DNA of 63,586 nucleotides, filler included, from Octopus bimaculoides (taxonomy: Eukaryota): the NCBI RefSeq assembly GCF_001194135.2. It is 4 parts of 4 records of this genome, joined end to end, with 100 filler letters (N's around TTAATTAATTAA, not from the genome) between each part and the next. Parts side by side here need not be neighbours in the genome. Positions count along the whole stretch, not along the records: positions 24,805 to 38,434 come from NC_068998.1; positions 38,535 to 63,586 come from NC_068992.1; 2 more parts are not named here. One strand, given 5' to 3'. The notes below the pieces were generated by a model. The model ran no database searches, had not been told where the DNA came from, and saw only the letters and a program-made list of their open reading frames with translations. Position 1 is the first letter of the stretch. Each line of letters starts with the position of its first letter. The position numbers and the translations under genes are program-made. This document shows positions 25,311-39,824 of this stretch, one piece after another.

Positions 25311-26236
25311 TTAAATGTGCTAAAATCTTGTTCTAATGTACAATCGTCTATACAGTTGTCCGACTCATCCCAAACACTTTTCACTGGTGCTTAATTTATC
25401 GACCCCGAAAGGATGAAAAACAAAGGATGACAAACAAAACTAGACGTAGAGACGCAGAAGACGCCAATATTTCGTACAATCAATAACTAAACTATTTAAC
25501 AGTTGCCGAGTACTTTTCCTCTTGCTTGAGAAGCAATACACAATTATGAAATAAAAACTTTCACAAAGATGCAATTGCTGAAACATAGGATTTTCCCCCC
25601 TGAAATGCAAGTGCTTAGAAGAAGGCAGCATATACCGGGATGATGTCTCCATCAGCAACATATCAACGAGTTATACAGGGATTATACATCATTCCATCAT
25701 AATGTTCTTTACCATTCTGTCATCGCTGCCAAGCACCGCGACTGTAAAACTATCAAATCTCGTTTGGAAATCAATAGATAAAAGAGAGAAATACTCCGCA
25801 TCGTATTTACTGTGTTGTTATATAAGACACAGGCATTTGGAAACGGATCAAGGAGTTGCGAGATATGTTCAAAGGAGAAATCTCACAACGTTCGCCTTTC
25901 CGTCCCATTTTATGTAAACAACAAACTAAATTCAACTTCGTGATACGTACCCAAATTTTCCTTCAGGAATCTCAACAATGTCTCTACCTTTCACTTGATA
26001 CATCACAAATGAAAAGCATTTCCGATAATTTACAACACATTAGGCCACTTACAGGTGGGTTTGTCATATTGATTTGGTTTTTAATACAAAAATTTTTTTA
26101 AATATTCATCATTCAATTTTTGTCCATCCCGCATGACTAACACATACTGTGTTGTATATATACGCCCTTCTGACGAATACATTGAAGGATTGTTATCATA
26201 GTGGCTGTTGCTGTTGTTGCTGTTGTTGTTGTTGTT

Positions 26237-26281
<45 letters not shown>

Positions 26282-26554
26282 CTTCATCGTGATTGTTATA
26301 TTTCCTCTTCTTTGACAAATTACAGACAAAACACACACAAACAGACGCACACACCACCAGCGCCAACCACCATGAAGACCAAGGCGAACCCTCCTATCAC
26401 AATTCCCACTCCCCCATGACAACCACCACCAGTCACCATCACCACCGCAAATTACAAAACCACACGAACATTTGCCACCTCCACAAATAGACGTTATTCA
26501 CAAAGAGAACGAGTTAAACAACGTCCAAACATAAAAACAACGCCAAAGAGAGAA

Positions 26555-26620
26555 CGCCAAGCTTTCATCTCTCCGGAAGCGACAAGTCAATCAACTTCCG
26601 TTCTCAATTACAAACCAATG
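26555..26620. promoter_or_regulatory. Candidate promoter with two ETS-like motifs
   Basis: ccggaagc and acttccgt in non-repeat sequence; motif evidence only. Confidence 0.2.
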
Positions 26621-26844
26621 TAAATGTCTACTTCATAATTTTACATGATCACGAATATATTTATAATCCTTTATGTAAACGGTGTGTGGTATGTGTGTAT
26701 GTGTGTGAATATGTGTATGTGTGAATATGTACGTATGTATATATATATGTATTCATGTATATCATATTCATATATATATATATATATATGCATATGTATG
26801 TATTTAAACTCCCGCGTATCTATGAATATATAGATATATATATG

Positions 26845-26889
<45 letters not shown>

Positions 26890-26936
26890 CCATTAATAGA
26901 TGAATACATACACATACACACACATATGTATAATGT

Positions 26937-26977
<41 letters not shown>

Positions 26978-27651
26978 GTGGGGTGGGTGGATGTGTGTGT
27001 ATGTGAGTGTGTGTGTGTGTGTGTTTGTGTGTGTGTGTTTGTGCGTGCATGTGTGTATGTGTGTTTGTTTAATCTTGTACATCCAGAGATGGTTCTACGT
27101 TCAAAACTCCCCCTCTTATAGCTTTTGCATTTTCTTTAACTGTTGTATTTCTGTTTTATTCTTGTAGTTGTTGCTGCGGTTACAAACCTTCCTTTCTTTC
27201 TTTCTTTTCCTTTCCTTCACAAAATGCTTCTTCGATCGTTTACTAATTAGGTGCAATTAGTAATCCGACCCCTTCACTAAAACTCACACCCAACAGAGAT
27301 ACACGTGCTTCTCTAGCATTTTGCGAGCTGACAGTTACATGTTAATCGCGGCCCTGATCTGCGCTAAAGACTGATGCTTTTGTGGGAAACAAAAAAGTAA
27401 AAAAATGGTCTGTTGACTCGCTTTGAAGCTCCTTGTTTATTTTCCGGGATCTCCTACGTGGTGTATGAATGTATGTATATATGTACATATATGTACACAC
27501 ACACACACATATATGTATATGCATACATATATATACACACACACACGTATTTGTATGATATATATCCATATAAATGCATACGTGTATATATTCTGTATGT
27601 GTGTGTGTATGTATATATATATATATATATATATACATATATACATACACA

Positions 27652-27794
27652 TAGGCGTAGGACTGGCTGTGTGGTAAGTAACTTCCTTATCAACCACATG
27701 GCACCTTGAGCAAGTGTCTTCTACTATAGCCTCGGGCCTACCAAAGCGCCTTGTGATTGGATTTGTTAGACGGAATGTGAAAGAAGCCCGTCAT
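27652..27794 (+). mobile_element. SINE family A, 5' half
   Basis: Head and CORE-like box running into an N gap. Confidence 0.75.
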
Positions 27795-28359
27795 NNNNNN
27801 NNNNNNNNNNNNNNNNNNNNNNNNNNNNNNNNNNNNNNNNNNNNNNNNNNNNNNNNNNNNNNNNNNNNNNNNNNNNNNNNNNNNNNNNNATATATACACA
27901 CACATACAGATACACATACATACTTATTCTCAAATATATGTATATATATTTGTAGTGTAATGTAGGGATACACAGAATTGTGTGGTTATCACAGAAAGCT
28001 CTTCTAGAGGATTCGGCTACCAGACCACACGTAAATCCATATGTGTATGCGTGTGTAGATAGTGTGATAGATAGATATAGATGTATTCAGACATATATAC
28101 ATACATACCAAACCAACATATATACAAATATATATTTCCATATGCATACACAGATATATGCACACGTACATGAATCGATGAAATTCCAACAGGATAGAAG
28201 AAGTGAACTGTAATTAAAACAACTAAGAACAAGAAAGGATTCTTCTGAGAGTTTGTCAACACAAGAGATACAACTGTCTGCTACAGTCCTGAAAACGTTT
28301 TGTATTTTAATTTTAAGGCTGAAATTGGCAGCACATCTGTACAAGAAGGTATGCTATAC

Positions 28360-28470
28360 AAAAGACAAGTGAACTGCGGATGTCATTAAGTCAGAGTTTA
28401 GATATTCCAGAAGGCGTTTGATAAGATTTCATAACAAGGAGCATTAACATACAAAAATTACGGGAAGATA
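28360..28470 (+). mobile_element. CR1/L2-like reverse-transcriptase remnant
   Basis: ..DVI..(LD)FQKAFDKIS resembles the conserved LDFxKAFDxV motif; very short. Confidence 0.35.
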
Positions 28471-28563
28471 ATTGCCTATCTCACATATATACTTTCCGAT
28501 ATGAATGAAGGAGTCTTAATTCCGGTTCTGGTCGATAGAACTAATTTCTGTAAAAAAAATTTG

Positions 28564-28620
<57 letters not shown>

Positions 28621-28869
28621 GTACATATATCAAAAGAATGTGTTATAATACTATTCCACAGACATACCAAAATCCAGCATACCTCCATCATCAGCCGCCC
28701 CACGGATATCATTATGGTTTCGACACACACACACGCACACATACCACATATATATATGCATACACACACACTCACACACACACACACACACGCGTATATA
28801 TGTATATATACACACATACAGATGAATATGTATGTATACAAATATATTCTTCTCTACTCTAGCTACAAG

Positions 28870-29005
28870 GCCCATCATTTTTGGGGAGGGGATCAGTCGA
28901 TTAGCTCGTCCTAGTACGCAACTGGTACTTAATTTATTGACCCGAAAAGGATGAAAGGCAAAGTTGACCTCGGCGAAATTTGAACTCAGAATGTAAAGAC
29001 GAAAT
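28870..29005 (-). mobile_element. SINE family B
   Basis: ggtacttaatttattgacccgaaaggatgaaaggc is the reverse complement of the central domain. Confidence 0.75.
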
Positions 29006-29064
29006 ACCGCATCTATACAAATGTATTATGGGTATTAAAAAAATACAGATATATATCTCACACG

Positions 29065-29182
29065 GCATTGGTAGGCTCGAGGCTATAGTAAAAGACACTC
29101 GCCAAGGTGCAACGCAGTGGGACTGAACCCGGAACCACGAAGATGTGAAGCAAGCTTCTTACCACACATCCACGCCTGCGCC
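29065..29182 (-). mobile_element. SINE family A, 5' half
   Basis: Reverse complement of head. Confidence 0.7.
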
Positions 29183-29238
29183 TACATGTATATGTATACA
29201 CACATGCAAATATATATACTTATATATATATATTCACA

Positions 29239-29287
<49 letters not shown>

Positions 29288-29721
29288 GCGCCACATTCAT
29301 AAAATTATGAAATCAATATGTCTGCTTTAACCAGTCCATATTACTTCATATAGAGTTGCATGAAATTCTAAAATTTGTTGATGAATGGTAAAGAAGGCGG
29401 ACATGTATATTTTGATTAATTTGCTAATTTATATGAAACATTTCCTCTAATTAATGTCAGACAGTTAATGAGCTTGGCCAAGGTTCTTTGAAGTAATTAT
29501 ACGACGCCTTATTAACATCTCGACTTTTTGACATTTCGCTTTTTCCACTGTTATGTCGCCGTGACCAACACTTACGAAAACTCAGAGAAACAGACCGTCA
29601 CATAGTCAAAGATAAAGACGGACACGCAATGGAAAACATACATACACATCTACACTCGGGTATATTTGTGTATATACACGAATAAGCGCATTTGCTCCTG
29701 TACCCGTTCAAATGGCACATG

Positions 29722-29915
29722 GCAAAATTGCTTAGCGGCTCGAAAGAATATTTAATATTAATGAGGTCGACTTTGCCGCCGAGGTTGACTTTGCCTTTCA
29801 TCCTTTCGGGGGATCGATAAATTAAATACCAGTTGCGTACTGGGATCGATCTATTCGACTGCCCCCTCCCTCTCCTTAAAAATTTCGGGCCTTGTGCCTA
29901 GAATAGAAAAGAATA
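29722..29915 (+). mobile_element. SINE family B
   Basis: Central domain and tail ggccttgtgcctagaatagaaaag. Confidence 0.8.
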
Positions 29916-30579
29916 TTCGTGATGTGTTTATCTCATCGTGAAATTCAGCCTGTTATGTATGCACGTATGTATGTATGCATGTATGTATGTATTCTTCTAT
30001 TCTTTTAGTTGTTTCCGTCGTTTGGCTGCGGCCATGCTGGAACACAGCCTTTAGCCGAACAAATCGACCCCAGGACTTATTCTTGTCGGATCACCGGCAA
30101 GTAAGCAGGGGACTCCAGTAAACATGCTTGGCTATAATCTTACTCAGTAAATGCGTGGCTTGAGATGTTCAACAGCTGATCACTTGATATCAACTATTAC
30201 GCTCAGCGATAGAAATGGAAAGAGATCGATCGATAGATAGATAGATAGATAGATAGATAGAGGGAGAGTAAGTGTTTTTTCTGTTTCCAAACACCTTTTG
30301 AGGTCTTTCAGTTTCCAAACATGTTTTGAGAGAAATGTAGCAATATTTTTATTTCATTCCTGATGTAGGAACATGTGAAATGTATATAAGATGGAAATAA
30401 ATATATACAATTCGTCGTGAAGGTAATAAATACACTCACCCAGGTATACATCTAAGTGTAGTTACCTAACATATATGTGTGTATGAGTGCGTGTGTGTGT
30501 GTGTGTGTATGTGTTTAGGATTCACCGAGTAATGAGAGTCACTACAAGTCTTGGAGAATAACAAATATGCAGAAACGCA

Positions 30580-30619
<40 letters not shown>

Positions 30620-30629
30620 NNNNNNNNNN

Positions 30630-30663
<34 letters not shown>

Positions 30664-31039
30664 GCGCTCTCTCACGCATACACAATCATACACACAGGGA
30701 AAACACCACAAGAATTGGAAGAGGCGGAAGTAAGGAGATATAGTAGGCAAAACCAGAACAAATATTTCGTGATCCGTAATGGAAACAAGTGGATTACACA
30801 TACACATATGTAACTACGCTCACACCGAAGAATAGTGACACATACACAAACATAAACACATACACAAACACTCAAGAACTATAAGTGTATAGATAGTAAT
30901 TTACTGATCCATCTACACGTCATCATAATGGGTAATCATTATAAATAGGCATAGACATACTCATACAACCACATCTACGTAAACAGACACATATAAACGT
31001 ATGCATACACATGTGTGTATGTGCTTAAATATATATATG

Positions 31040-31087
<48 letters not shown>

Positions 31088-31109
31088 CATGTATATGTGT
31101 GTGTATATT

Positions 31110-31158
<49 letters not shown>

Positions 31159-32513
31159 ATACGTATATATGCATATACATATATATATATATGTATATAT
31201 ATATATACAGATATGTATACATGTATGCATATGGATATACGTGTATACATATATATAAGTAATATGTATAGACTTTCACATATACAGTTTATATATACAT
31301 ACGTATATGCGTACGTGTGCACGTCTAAGTACATACATGTATATATATGCGTGTATATATATCCATGCATATGTATGCATGTGTATGTATGTATGCATGT
31401 TTATATGTATGTATGTATGTGTGTGTATGCAAGCGTGTGCAAGTTTGTATGTGTGCAAACACCAACATGATTACACGTAACAAAGATCAACTTCATTGCT
31501 CACACGCGCACTAATGAAAAAAAAAAACACATTCTATAAATTTTCAAGAAATCTCAAAATATAGACAGCAAAAATCTCCGAAGTTCATCAACCAATTTTC
31601 TACTTTCACTTTCACTTTGTCTTACATTACTTTCTTTTTTCCTTTTCAGATATTTTAAGTTTATTTTTTTTTTTTTTTTTTTTTTTTTTGCCTTCCTCAT
31701 TTTTTCCTTCAAATTCTGATTCTAGTGTCAGAATTTTTTTTCACATTTTCTTCCTAACTTCGTTTCGTACTTTGGTTACATTTATTGCCGTTATTGTTTT
31801 TACTGTTTTGTTTTTAATTCTTGATGCTGCCGTTGTTTTTGTAATTGTTCTTCTGTCATTTTCATATTTTCTTTCGTTTTTCCTTCCGTGGCGGTTGCAG
31901 AGTCGTCGGTGGTTGTGGTGGTCTGGTGGTGTCGATGATGCAAATCTATTTTAGTGGTGATAGTTCTGGTGAGGATGGTAGTAATGGTAGTAATAGTAGT
32001 GGTGATGGTGCGATGGTGCAAATCTATTTTAGAAATCAATTCCTAATTTTCAGAATGCCATGTCAGATGCCGTGCCTCCCCGTTCACCCTAACTCTCCTA
32101 ACTCACAACTCCGACCCAACACACACTAATGAATCGAAATGAGTACGAGTGGGTTTGTGTTTGTGAGTGTGTGTGTGTGTGTGTGTGCGCATGCGTATCT
32201 GTATGGGTTTGTGTCTGCATACAGAAACACAAAGATACACACGCGCACACATGTGTATGCTATCACGTATATATAAATGCATATGTGTGTGTATATGTAA
32301 TATATATTTATGTTATGCATACGTATATTTACACATAGTATATACTTATGTATATATATGCATGTATATATATTCGTGTGTATATATGCATGACTATGTA
32401 TTTATATATTTATGCGTATCTATATGTATATATATATATATATATATTAATGTATATATATTTATATGTATATATATGCATATATATTCATATACCTATA
32501 CGTACAAACATGC

Positions 32514-32632
<119 letters not shown>

Positions 32633-33574
32633 CACACACATATAGTGAGAGGAATAGAGAAGGAACATGATGGCATAAAGCAATAGTTGTTTGAGAGTAA
32701 GAAAAAGAGAGGGAAGAAGAAAAGAGTTGTGAACTTGGTGCACCAAAGGATAATTGCATGGTATGTACATGCAAAGTGTACTGACATGCAGCTTATACAT
32801 GCATACACACACATGTATATATACATGTGTATTTATATACTATGCACTCATACGCAAAAGTACATACATGATTGTGCATGTGTGTGTTCGTGCATCGATG
32901 TGTGCATGTGTATGTGTGTGTGTGTGTGTTGGGGGGTAGATTGTGGGAGAAGAATACAATGGAATATTGAAGGAGATGCGGTGGGGATAGTGGGAGTGCT
33001 TTTATGGTTAAATAATTTCTGTGGCGTGACGTCATAGCCGGCCATGTTTATTTGCTGTCTCTTCACAAATCCGTTGACCGAGAAACGAAAGGCTTGTTCT
33101 TGGAGTAAACAGGAATCAAGGAGAAAGCTGTTCAAGAACAGCAACAGCAAAAACAACGACGATGACGACGACGAAGATGGCGGCGACGACGATGATGATG
33201 ACGACGACGATGGTGACGACGGCGACGTCGACGACCTCACGACAGAAACAAGAGTGTTCAGAATGTCACACGACCTGCTAGAAATAGTAGCCAAATGTAT
33301 TGCAAAATACATTTTACTGTCCGAGAAAGGAGATGATATATTGTATTTTGTAGTCCTTGAGATACTAGAAATTACAACAGTACCTGATGGTCACGGACTG
33401 AACACTTTTGATCAAGGGTCATCTAGATCATGGCGAAATAGGGGCTAAACAAGAACGACCAGGACTGTCACCACCAACGTTACTACAAGTACAACAACAA
33501 CAACAACAACAGCAGCAGCAGCAGTGGCAGCAGCAATGACATTGACAAGCGCAAAAACTACAACATAATCATGG

Positions 33575-33690
33575 TCTGGTGAGCTGGCAGAATCGTTAGT
33601 ACGCCGGACAAACTGCTAAGCGACATTTCGTCCGTCTTTAGGTTCTGAGTACAAATTCCCCCGGGGGGTCGATAAATTATGTACCAGTGA
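33575..33690 (+). mobile_element. SINE family B, internally deleted
   Basis: Head ggtgagctggcagaatcgttag and partial centre. Confidence 0.7.
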
Positions 33691-33742
33691 AACATACTGA
33701 AACTTCGAAGTCACTGAGTTATCATCTCATACACAAAATAAT

Positions 33743-33790
<48 letters not shown>

Positions 33791-33802
33791 AATAATAATA
33801 AT

Positions 33803-33958
33803 CAATATATCTTGATATGAGATCACCATGTCGCGCACATATGGTTGTGATGCATGTGCCTGGTGTACCCTTATCAGACGGGTAGTCATGATGGGTATAC
33901 TGGGCTTCGTATATTTTACCCCAGTGTCACTTTGATGGCATGCATAGTTCTCTCACTC
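33803..33958 (+). mobile_element. Element 'E' 3' fragment (copy 3)
   Basis: Matches the 3' end of 766-1217; (AAC/AAT)n before and (AAT)n after. Confidence 0.8.
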
Positions 33959-33976
33959 AATAATAATAATAATAAT

Positions 33977-34592
33977 TTACAAACAACGAATACAAACGAC
34001 ACCATGACAATATTGTAAGAACAATCCATTGGGAGCTCTTTGGAGAACGCAGCCTATAAAGTACAAAGACGTGGTGTGAACAAATCCCAGAAGGAATCAC
34101 CGAAAATGAGAACTGCAAAATCCTGTTGGATGTAATGATCGAGTGCGATCACGTGACCAGATATAGGAAACCGAATATTGTTGTAGTGAATAGAAAGGAA
34201 AGAACATGTATGATTATCGACATAGCATGTCTTCTCCCCACCCGCCCCCTGTGACAACAGGATCAATGTGAGAGAAGAAGAAGAAAATGAAGAACTATGA
34301 CGATTTAAAGTAGGAAATACGAAGGTTGTGGTCAATGAAGAGAGCGGGTGTGATATCGAAAGTAATTGGTGCATTTGGAAGTATCAGTACTCAATTACCA
34401 ACATAGCTGAAAAAGATCGGTGCAAGTGTGAAGGTAGAACACCTAAGAGAAATCAGTATTGCTTGGAACTGCAAGAATTCTTCACAAGGTTCTTGAAGCA
34501 TGACCAATAAAACAAGTGTCACCTTAGTCTGCTGACTGTGGCTAGCTGACACTTTCCATCATACCCAACAAAATAAGCTGTGAGTTTTCATA
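33977..34592 (+). mobile_element. R4/Dong-like RLE LINE 3' end (copy 4, same subfamily as copy 3)
   Basis: EYKR.HDNIVRTIHWEL..IPEGITENENCKILLDV..KPNIVVVNRKERTCMIIDIAC..KVEHL; (AAT)n on both sides. Confidence 0.9.
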
Positions 34593-34690
34593 TAATAGTA
34601 ATCATAATAATAATAATAATAATAGCAATAATAATAATAATAATAATAATAATGATAACCAAAATGAAGTAGATTGACAAAAATATTTTT

Positions 34691-34731
34691 TGAACCTGTT
34701 GAAGACACACGAAATGTCGAAATATCGTTCA
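34691..34731 (+). ncRNA. Minimal type I hammerhead, CUGUUGA core variant (family H3)
   Basis: UGAAC-CUGUUGA-A-GACA-CACGAAA-UGUC-GAAAU-AUC-GUUCA: perfect 5-bp stem I and 4-bp stem II, palindromic AUAU stem III, AUC site. Confidence 0.7.
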
Positions 34732-37367
34732 CTGGATGACAATGGCACTCTTTTAGCTTTGATTTAATAATAATACTAACAACAACAACAACAATAATAA
34801 TAATAACGTTACTCTACTANNNNNNNNNNNNNNNNNNNNNNNNNNNNNNNNNNNNNNNNNNNNNNNNNNNNNNNNNNNNNNNNNNNNNNNNNNNNNNNNN
34901 NNNNNNNNNNNNNNNNNNNNNNNNNNNNNNNNNNNNNNNNNNNNNNNNNNNNNNNNNNNNNNNNNNNNNNNNNNNNNNNNNNNNNNNNNNNNNNNNNNNN
35001 NNNNNNNNNNNNNNNNNNNNNNNNNNNNNNNNNNNNNNNNNNNNNNNNNNNNNNNNNNNNNNNNNNNNNNNNNNNNNNNNNNNNNNNNNNNNNNNNNNNN
35101 NNNNNNNNNNNNNNNNNNNNNNNNNNNNNNNNNNNNNNNNNNNNNNNNNNNNNNNNNNNNNNNNNNNNNNNNNNNNNNNNNNNNNNNNNNNNNNNNNNNN
35201 NNNNNNNNNNNNNNNNNNNNNNNNNNNNNNNNNNNNNNNNNNNNNNNNNNNNNNNNNNNNNNNNNNNNNNNNNNNNNNNNNNNNNNNNNNNNNNNNNNNN
35301 NNNNNNNNNNNNNNNNNNNNNNNNNNNNNNNNNNNNNNNNNNNNNNNNNNNNNNNNNNNNNNNNNNNNNNNNNNNNNNNNNNNNNNNNNNNNNNNNNNNN
35401 NNNNNNNNNNNNNNNNNNNNNNNNNNNNNNNNNNNNNNNNNNNNNNNNNNNNNNNNNNNNNNNNNNNNNNNNNNNNNNNNNNNNNNNNNNNNNNNNNNNN
35501 NNNNNNNNNNNNNNNNNNNNNNNNNNNNNNNNNNNNNNNNNNNNNNNNNNNNNNNNNNNNNNNNNNNNNNNNNNNNNNNNNNNNNNNNNNNNNNNNNNNN
35601 NNNNNNNNNNNNNNNNNNNNAATATATATATCAGGAGAGAAAGTTCATATAGGAAAGTGATGTGATGTCTAAAAATTTTGATGTCTAAAGATAGAACTGG
35701 CTTTAGTACACAAAGTAATATCACTGTAAAATCTTACACAAAGTTACAGGTCATTGAATATTGTACGTGACAGGTATACTCTATGATAGAAATAGATTTA
35801 TCATGGCGGGTAGAAAAGAAAGAAAAGAAAAATCAGAACCAAAGAGAAAAAAAATCGAGTAAGAAAATAGGCGACAACAAAATAAAATGGAAAAAACAAC
35901 AATGGCGGTCTTAACACGAAATTTGTAACTGTATTTTTCCCGCCACTGGACCAGTGAATATAATTAATGTCGGGAGATGGCAGAGTGTGAAACAGACACT
36001 GTGGATGGGTGGTTTGGTGTGGTGTTGGATAGAGGTCATGGTATAAGGGAAGTATAATGATGTGTGGCGTGGTGTGAAGAGATGGAAGGCTTAGAAACTA
36101 CTTTAATAAGAACGAATCAAATTCGTGATCGGCTTACATGAATAGAGAGGACGGTCGTTTGACGAACTCCGTCCCAGAATAGGAAAGGTATGAGAATTAG
36201 CAAGGAGAACACGGTAGAAAACTCTGAAATGCCGATGGCAGTGTCGTGGTGTTTCAGTAGTGGTGGTGGTGGTGGTGGGAGTAGAATGGGATGGATATAA
36301 AAAGCGATCGCGGTCAGACGAGGAGAGAAAAAGGAAAAAGTAAGGGCAAGATAAAGACATGATCCTATTACACAGAACTTTATATAAACGTATAATACAC
36401 ACACAAACACACAGGCATATATATATATATATATATATATANNNNNNNNNNNNNNNNNNNNNNNNNNNNNNNNNNNNNNNNNNNNNNNNNNNNNNNNNNN
36501 NNNNNNNNNNNNNNNNNNNNNNNNNNNNNNNNNNNNNNNNNNNNNNNNNNNNNNNNNNNNNNNNNNNNNNNNNNNNNNNNNNNNNNNNNNNNNNNNNNNN
36601 NNNNNNNNNNNNNNNNNNNNNNNNNNNNNNNNNNNNNNNNNNNNNNNNNNNNNNNNNNNNNNNNNNNNNNNNNNNNNNNNNNNNNNNNNNNNNNNNNNNN
36701 NNNNNNNNNNNNNNNNNNNNNNNNNNNNNNNNNNNNNNNNNNNNNNNNNNNNNNNNNNNNNNNNNNNNNNNNNNNNNNNNNNNNNNNNNNNNNNNNNNNN
36801 NNNNNNNNNNNNNNNNNNNNNNNNNNNNNNNNNNNNNNNNNNNNNNNNNNNNNNNNNNNNNNNNNNNNNNNNNNNNNNNNNNNNNNNNNNNNNNNNNNNN
36901 NNNNNNNNNNNNNNNNNNNNNNNNNNNNNNNNNNNNNNNNNNNNNNNNNNNNNNNNNNNNNNNNNNNNNNNNNNNNNNNNNNNNNNNNNNNNNNNNNNNN
37001 NNNNNNNNNNNNNNNNNNNNNNNNNNNNNNNNNNNNNNNNNNNNNNNNNNNNNNNNNNNNNNNNNNNNNNNNNNNNNNNNNNNNNNNNNNNNNNNNNNNN
37101 NNNNNNNNNNNNNNNNNNNNNNNNNNNNNNNNNNNNNNNNNNNNNNNNNNNNNNNNNNNNNNNNNNNNNNNNNNNNNNNNNNNNNNNNNNNNNNNNNNNN
37201 NNNNNNNNNNNNNNNNNNNNNNNNNNNNNNNNNNNNNNNNNNNNNNNNNNNNNNNNNNNNNNNNNNNNNNNNNNNNNNNNNNNNNNNNNNNNNNNNNNNN
37301 NNNNNNNNNNNNNNNNNNNNNNNNNNNNNNNNNNNNNNNNNNNNNNNNNNNNNNNNNNNNNNNNNNN

Positions 37368-37416
<49 letters not shown>

Positions 37417-37904
37417 AGACACGCACGTATATATATATATATATATAGATATATATATAAGACTGTGCGTGCGAAGTAAGTGAATAAGTGAATAAAAGAG
37501 AATGGCTTTCAGTGCCGCGAGAATTGAATAAGAACTGACAAATCCGTAAAGAGTTTACGGGGACTAATGGGCCGTTTTGACGGTGTGGTGTGCACAAGAC
37601 AATTAGGTGTATATGTACATCTATATGTATATATATACATTGATATATTTACATATGTATATACAGGTTTATAGATATCCGTATATGTCATTTATAGATA
37701 CAGACATACACACAAAGACATATTTGTACTTACATACACGCATATACAGCATATTCACACGCATGTATGTACTTTAATTGTTGTTCAGGAGAAAAGGTAA
37801 TGCCCCAGGTACTTTGCAAGTGCTCTGTGATTGGCAGGTGAGAGTGGTAGAGGAAGAAAGTTCTGTTCATACCAGAGACTTGGCCGGGATGCTAGCACAG
37901 TGTA

Positions 37905-38240
37905 AAGAGCCCCCTTCACTCATGAATGACAATGGGACTGCACCTAGAAAGTTACCATCCGAGGCACAAGTCCGGGCAGGATTGTTAATGGAAGACCAGC
38001 AGTCGTCCATGCATACCAGCCTCCCCTCTCTATGCTGCTAATGTTATCCAAAGGAAAGGCAAAGATTGATACAGCTTGACACCAGTGATGTCGCAACTCA
38101 TTTCTACGGTTAGTGAACCGGATTAACGTGAAATAAAGTGTCTTGCTCAAGAACTCAACACAGTCCGGTCCGCGAATCGAACTCACTGCTTTTTGATTCT
38201 GAGTTCGACGCTCTAACCACTGAGCCATGCGCCTTCACAC
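37905..38240 (-). mobile_element. tRNA-derived SINE family C
   Basis: Minus-strand head ggcgcatggctcagtggttagagcg...gagttcgattcgc, then ttcttgagcaagacacttta box. Confidence 0.7.
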
Positions 38241-38396
38241 TACGAACTCCAAAGGTACGCCAAGATATCAACTCTTGAAGTTGGAACGGGTGACAGAATA
38301 AATCTACTAGGCAAATAGGCCATAGCTACCAGGCAGATAGGCATAGGTAGGCCTCAGTGTGTGTATGTATACATATGTATGAATACATGTATGCAT

Positions 38397-38434
<38 letters not shown>

Positions 38435-38534
38435 NNNNNNNNNNNNNNNNNNNNNNNNNNNNNNNNNNNNNNNNNNNNTTAATTAATTAANNNNNNNNNN
38501 NNNNNNNNNNNNNNNNNNNNNNNNNNNNNNNNNN

Positions 38535-38595
<61 letters not shown>

Positions 38596-38606
38596 CTACA
38601 TATATA

Positions 38607-39450
38607 CAGGGTGCGATGGGTAAATTGTCGCGATTTTATACTTTTTATTTCGCTCATGCACATTGCTTGTATTTTTTATTTTGTCGACTACACAGTACAG
38701 TAGTCTCAGTTGGGCACTGTCTGTGAGAAAAACAGCACCATGACGCAATTCACTCTGTCAGAAATATGTAAACGACATGTTGTACTGCTCCGCATTCGCA
38801 CCGGAAGTTCCCGTACGAACATTTCAGAGTGTTTGGATGTCAATCTGAGGACATGTACATCCAGTCAACATCATGGTGTTTAGAGTGATCACTGGTGATG
38901 GCGATGGTTCATTTTCTCACACGGCCTCAGACTCAACACGGACACTTACATCAAGTTCCTGGAAGAAGTAGTGCTACCCTGGGTCGAGAGGGTGGCTGCT
39001 GGAAGACCCTATCTCTGGCAACAGGACTCTGCACCATGCCACACAAGTAGGAGAACCCAGTTTTAGCAGTCAGATAATTTCTGCGACCACATCACCCCTA
39101 ACATCCGGCCGTCTAATTCCTTAAACTACAAACCCCTTGATTATTATGTGTGGGGCACAGTTGAGCGAGAGACCAACAAAACTGCTGGTAACACCAAAGA
39201 TAAACTGAAGGCAAGGATTATGGGAGCGTTCACCAACTTAAACAAGGTGACCGTCCAGAAGAGCTGCGGGAAATTCCGAAGTCGTCTGGAGGCCGTGGTT
39301 GAAGCCAATGGCGATTTTATTGAATAAATTTACTATTTCGTATTTCAAGATATTTTTATGTAATTTTGGTAAATATATCTGTTAAAATGAGAAGTCAGTG
39401 TTATTTTCAATTTTGCGTAATTTAGACGACAGTTTATTCACCGCACCCTG
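38607..39450 (+). mobile_element. maT/DD37D-like Tc1-mariner element, internally deleted, TA TSD
   Basis: TIRs cagggtgcgatgggtaaattgtcg / cgacagtttattcaccgcaccctg; TA on both sides; YLWQQDSAPCHTSRRTQ..NSLNYKPLDYYVWGTVE..RSRLEAVVEANGDFIE*. Confidence 0.92.
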
Positions 39451-39738
39451 TATATGAGGTTAAGTTCGCCTATAAACGTATGAGTATGTATGTATTATGC
39501 GTATTCGTTGCACTGACCTATATATATATATGCATGCATACGTGCATGTGTCTATTTGTCCACAAACACACACTTCTATGAGCATCTGTATGTGTGTATC
39601 CGCCTATGAGCAAGTTCGCGAGTGTCATTATATGTGTGTGTTTGGACGTTCGTAGTCTTTTTCCCCCCTTTACATTACTTTCCCTTTTGCGGTTATACAT
39701 ACGCGAATCTATTATGTACATACTTATATATACATATG

Positions 39739-39824
<86 letters not shown>

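Noticed and set aside
33044-33448. 134-aa ORF with an acidic tract
   Set aside because: The acidic part is a (GAC/GAT)n repeat; no homology or convincing splice signals.
36140-36190. RGRSFDELRP resembling the RNase PH/exosome N-terminus, before an AAG/gtatga donor
   Set aside because: In-frame stop immediately upstream, no acceptor, and the DGR and DELRP parts are in different frames with wrong spacing.
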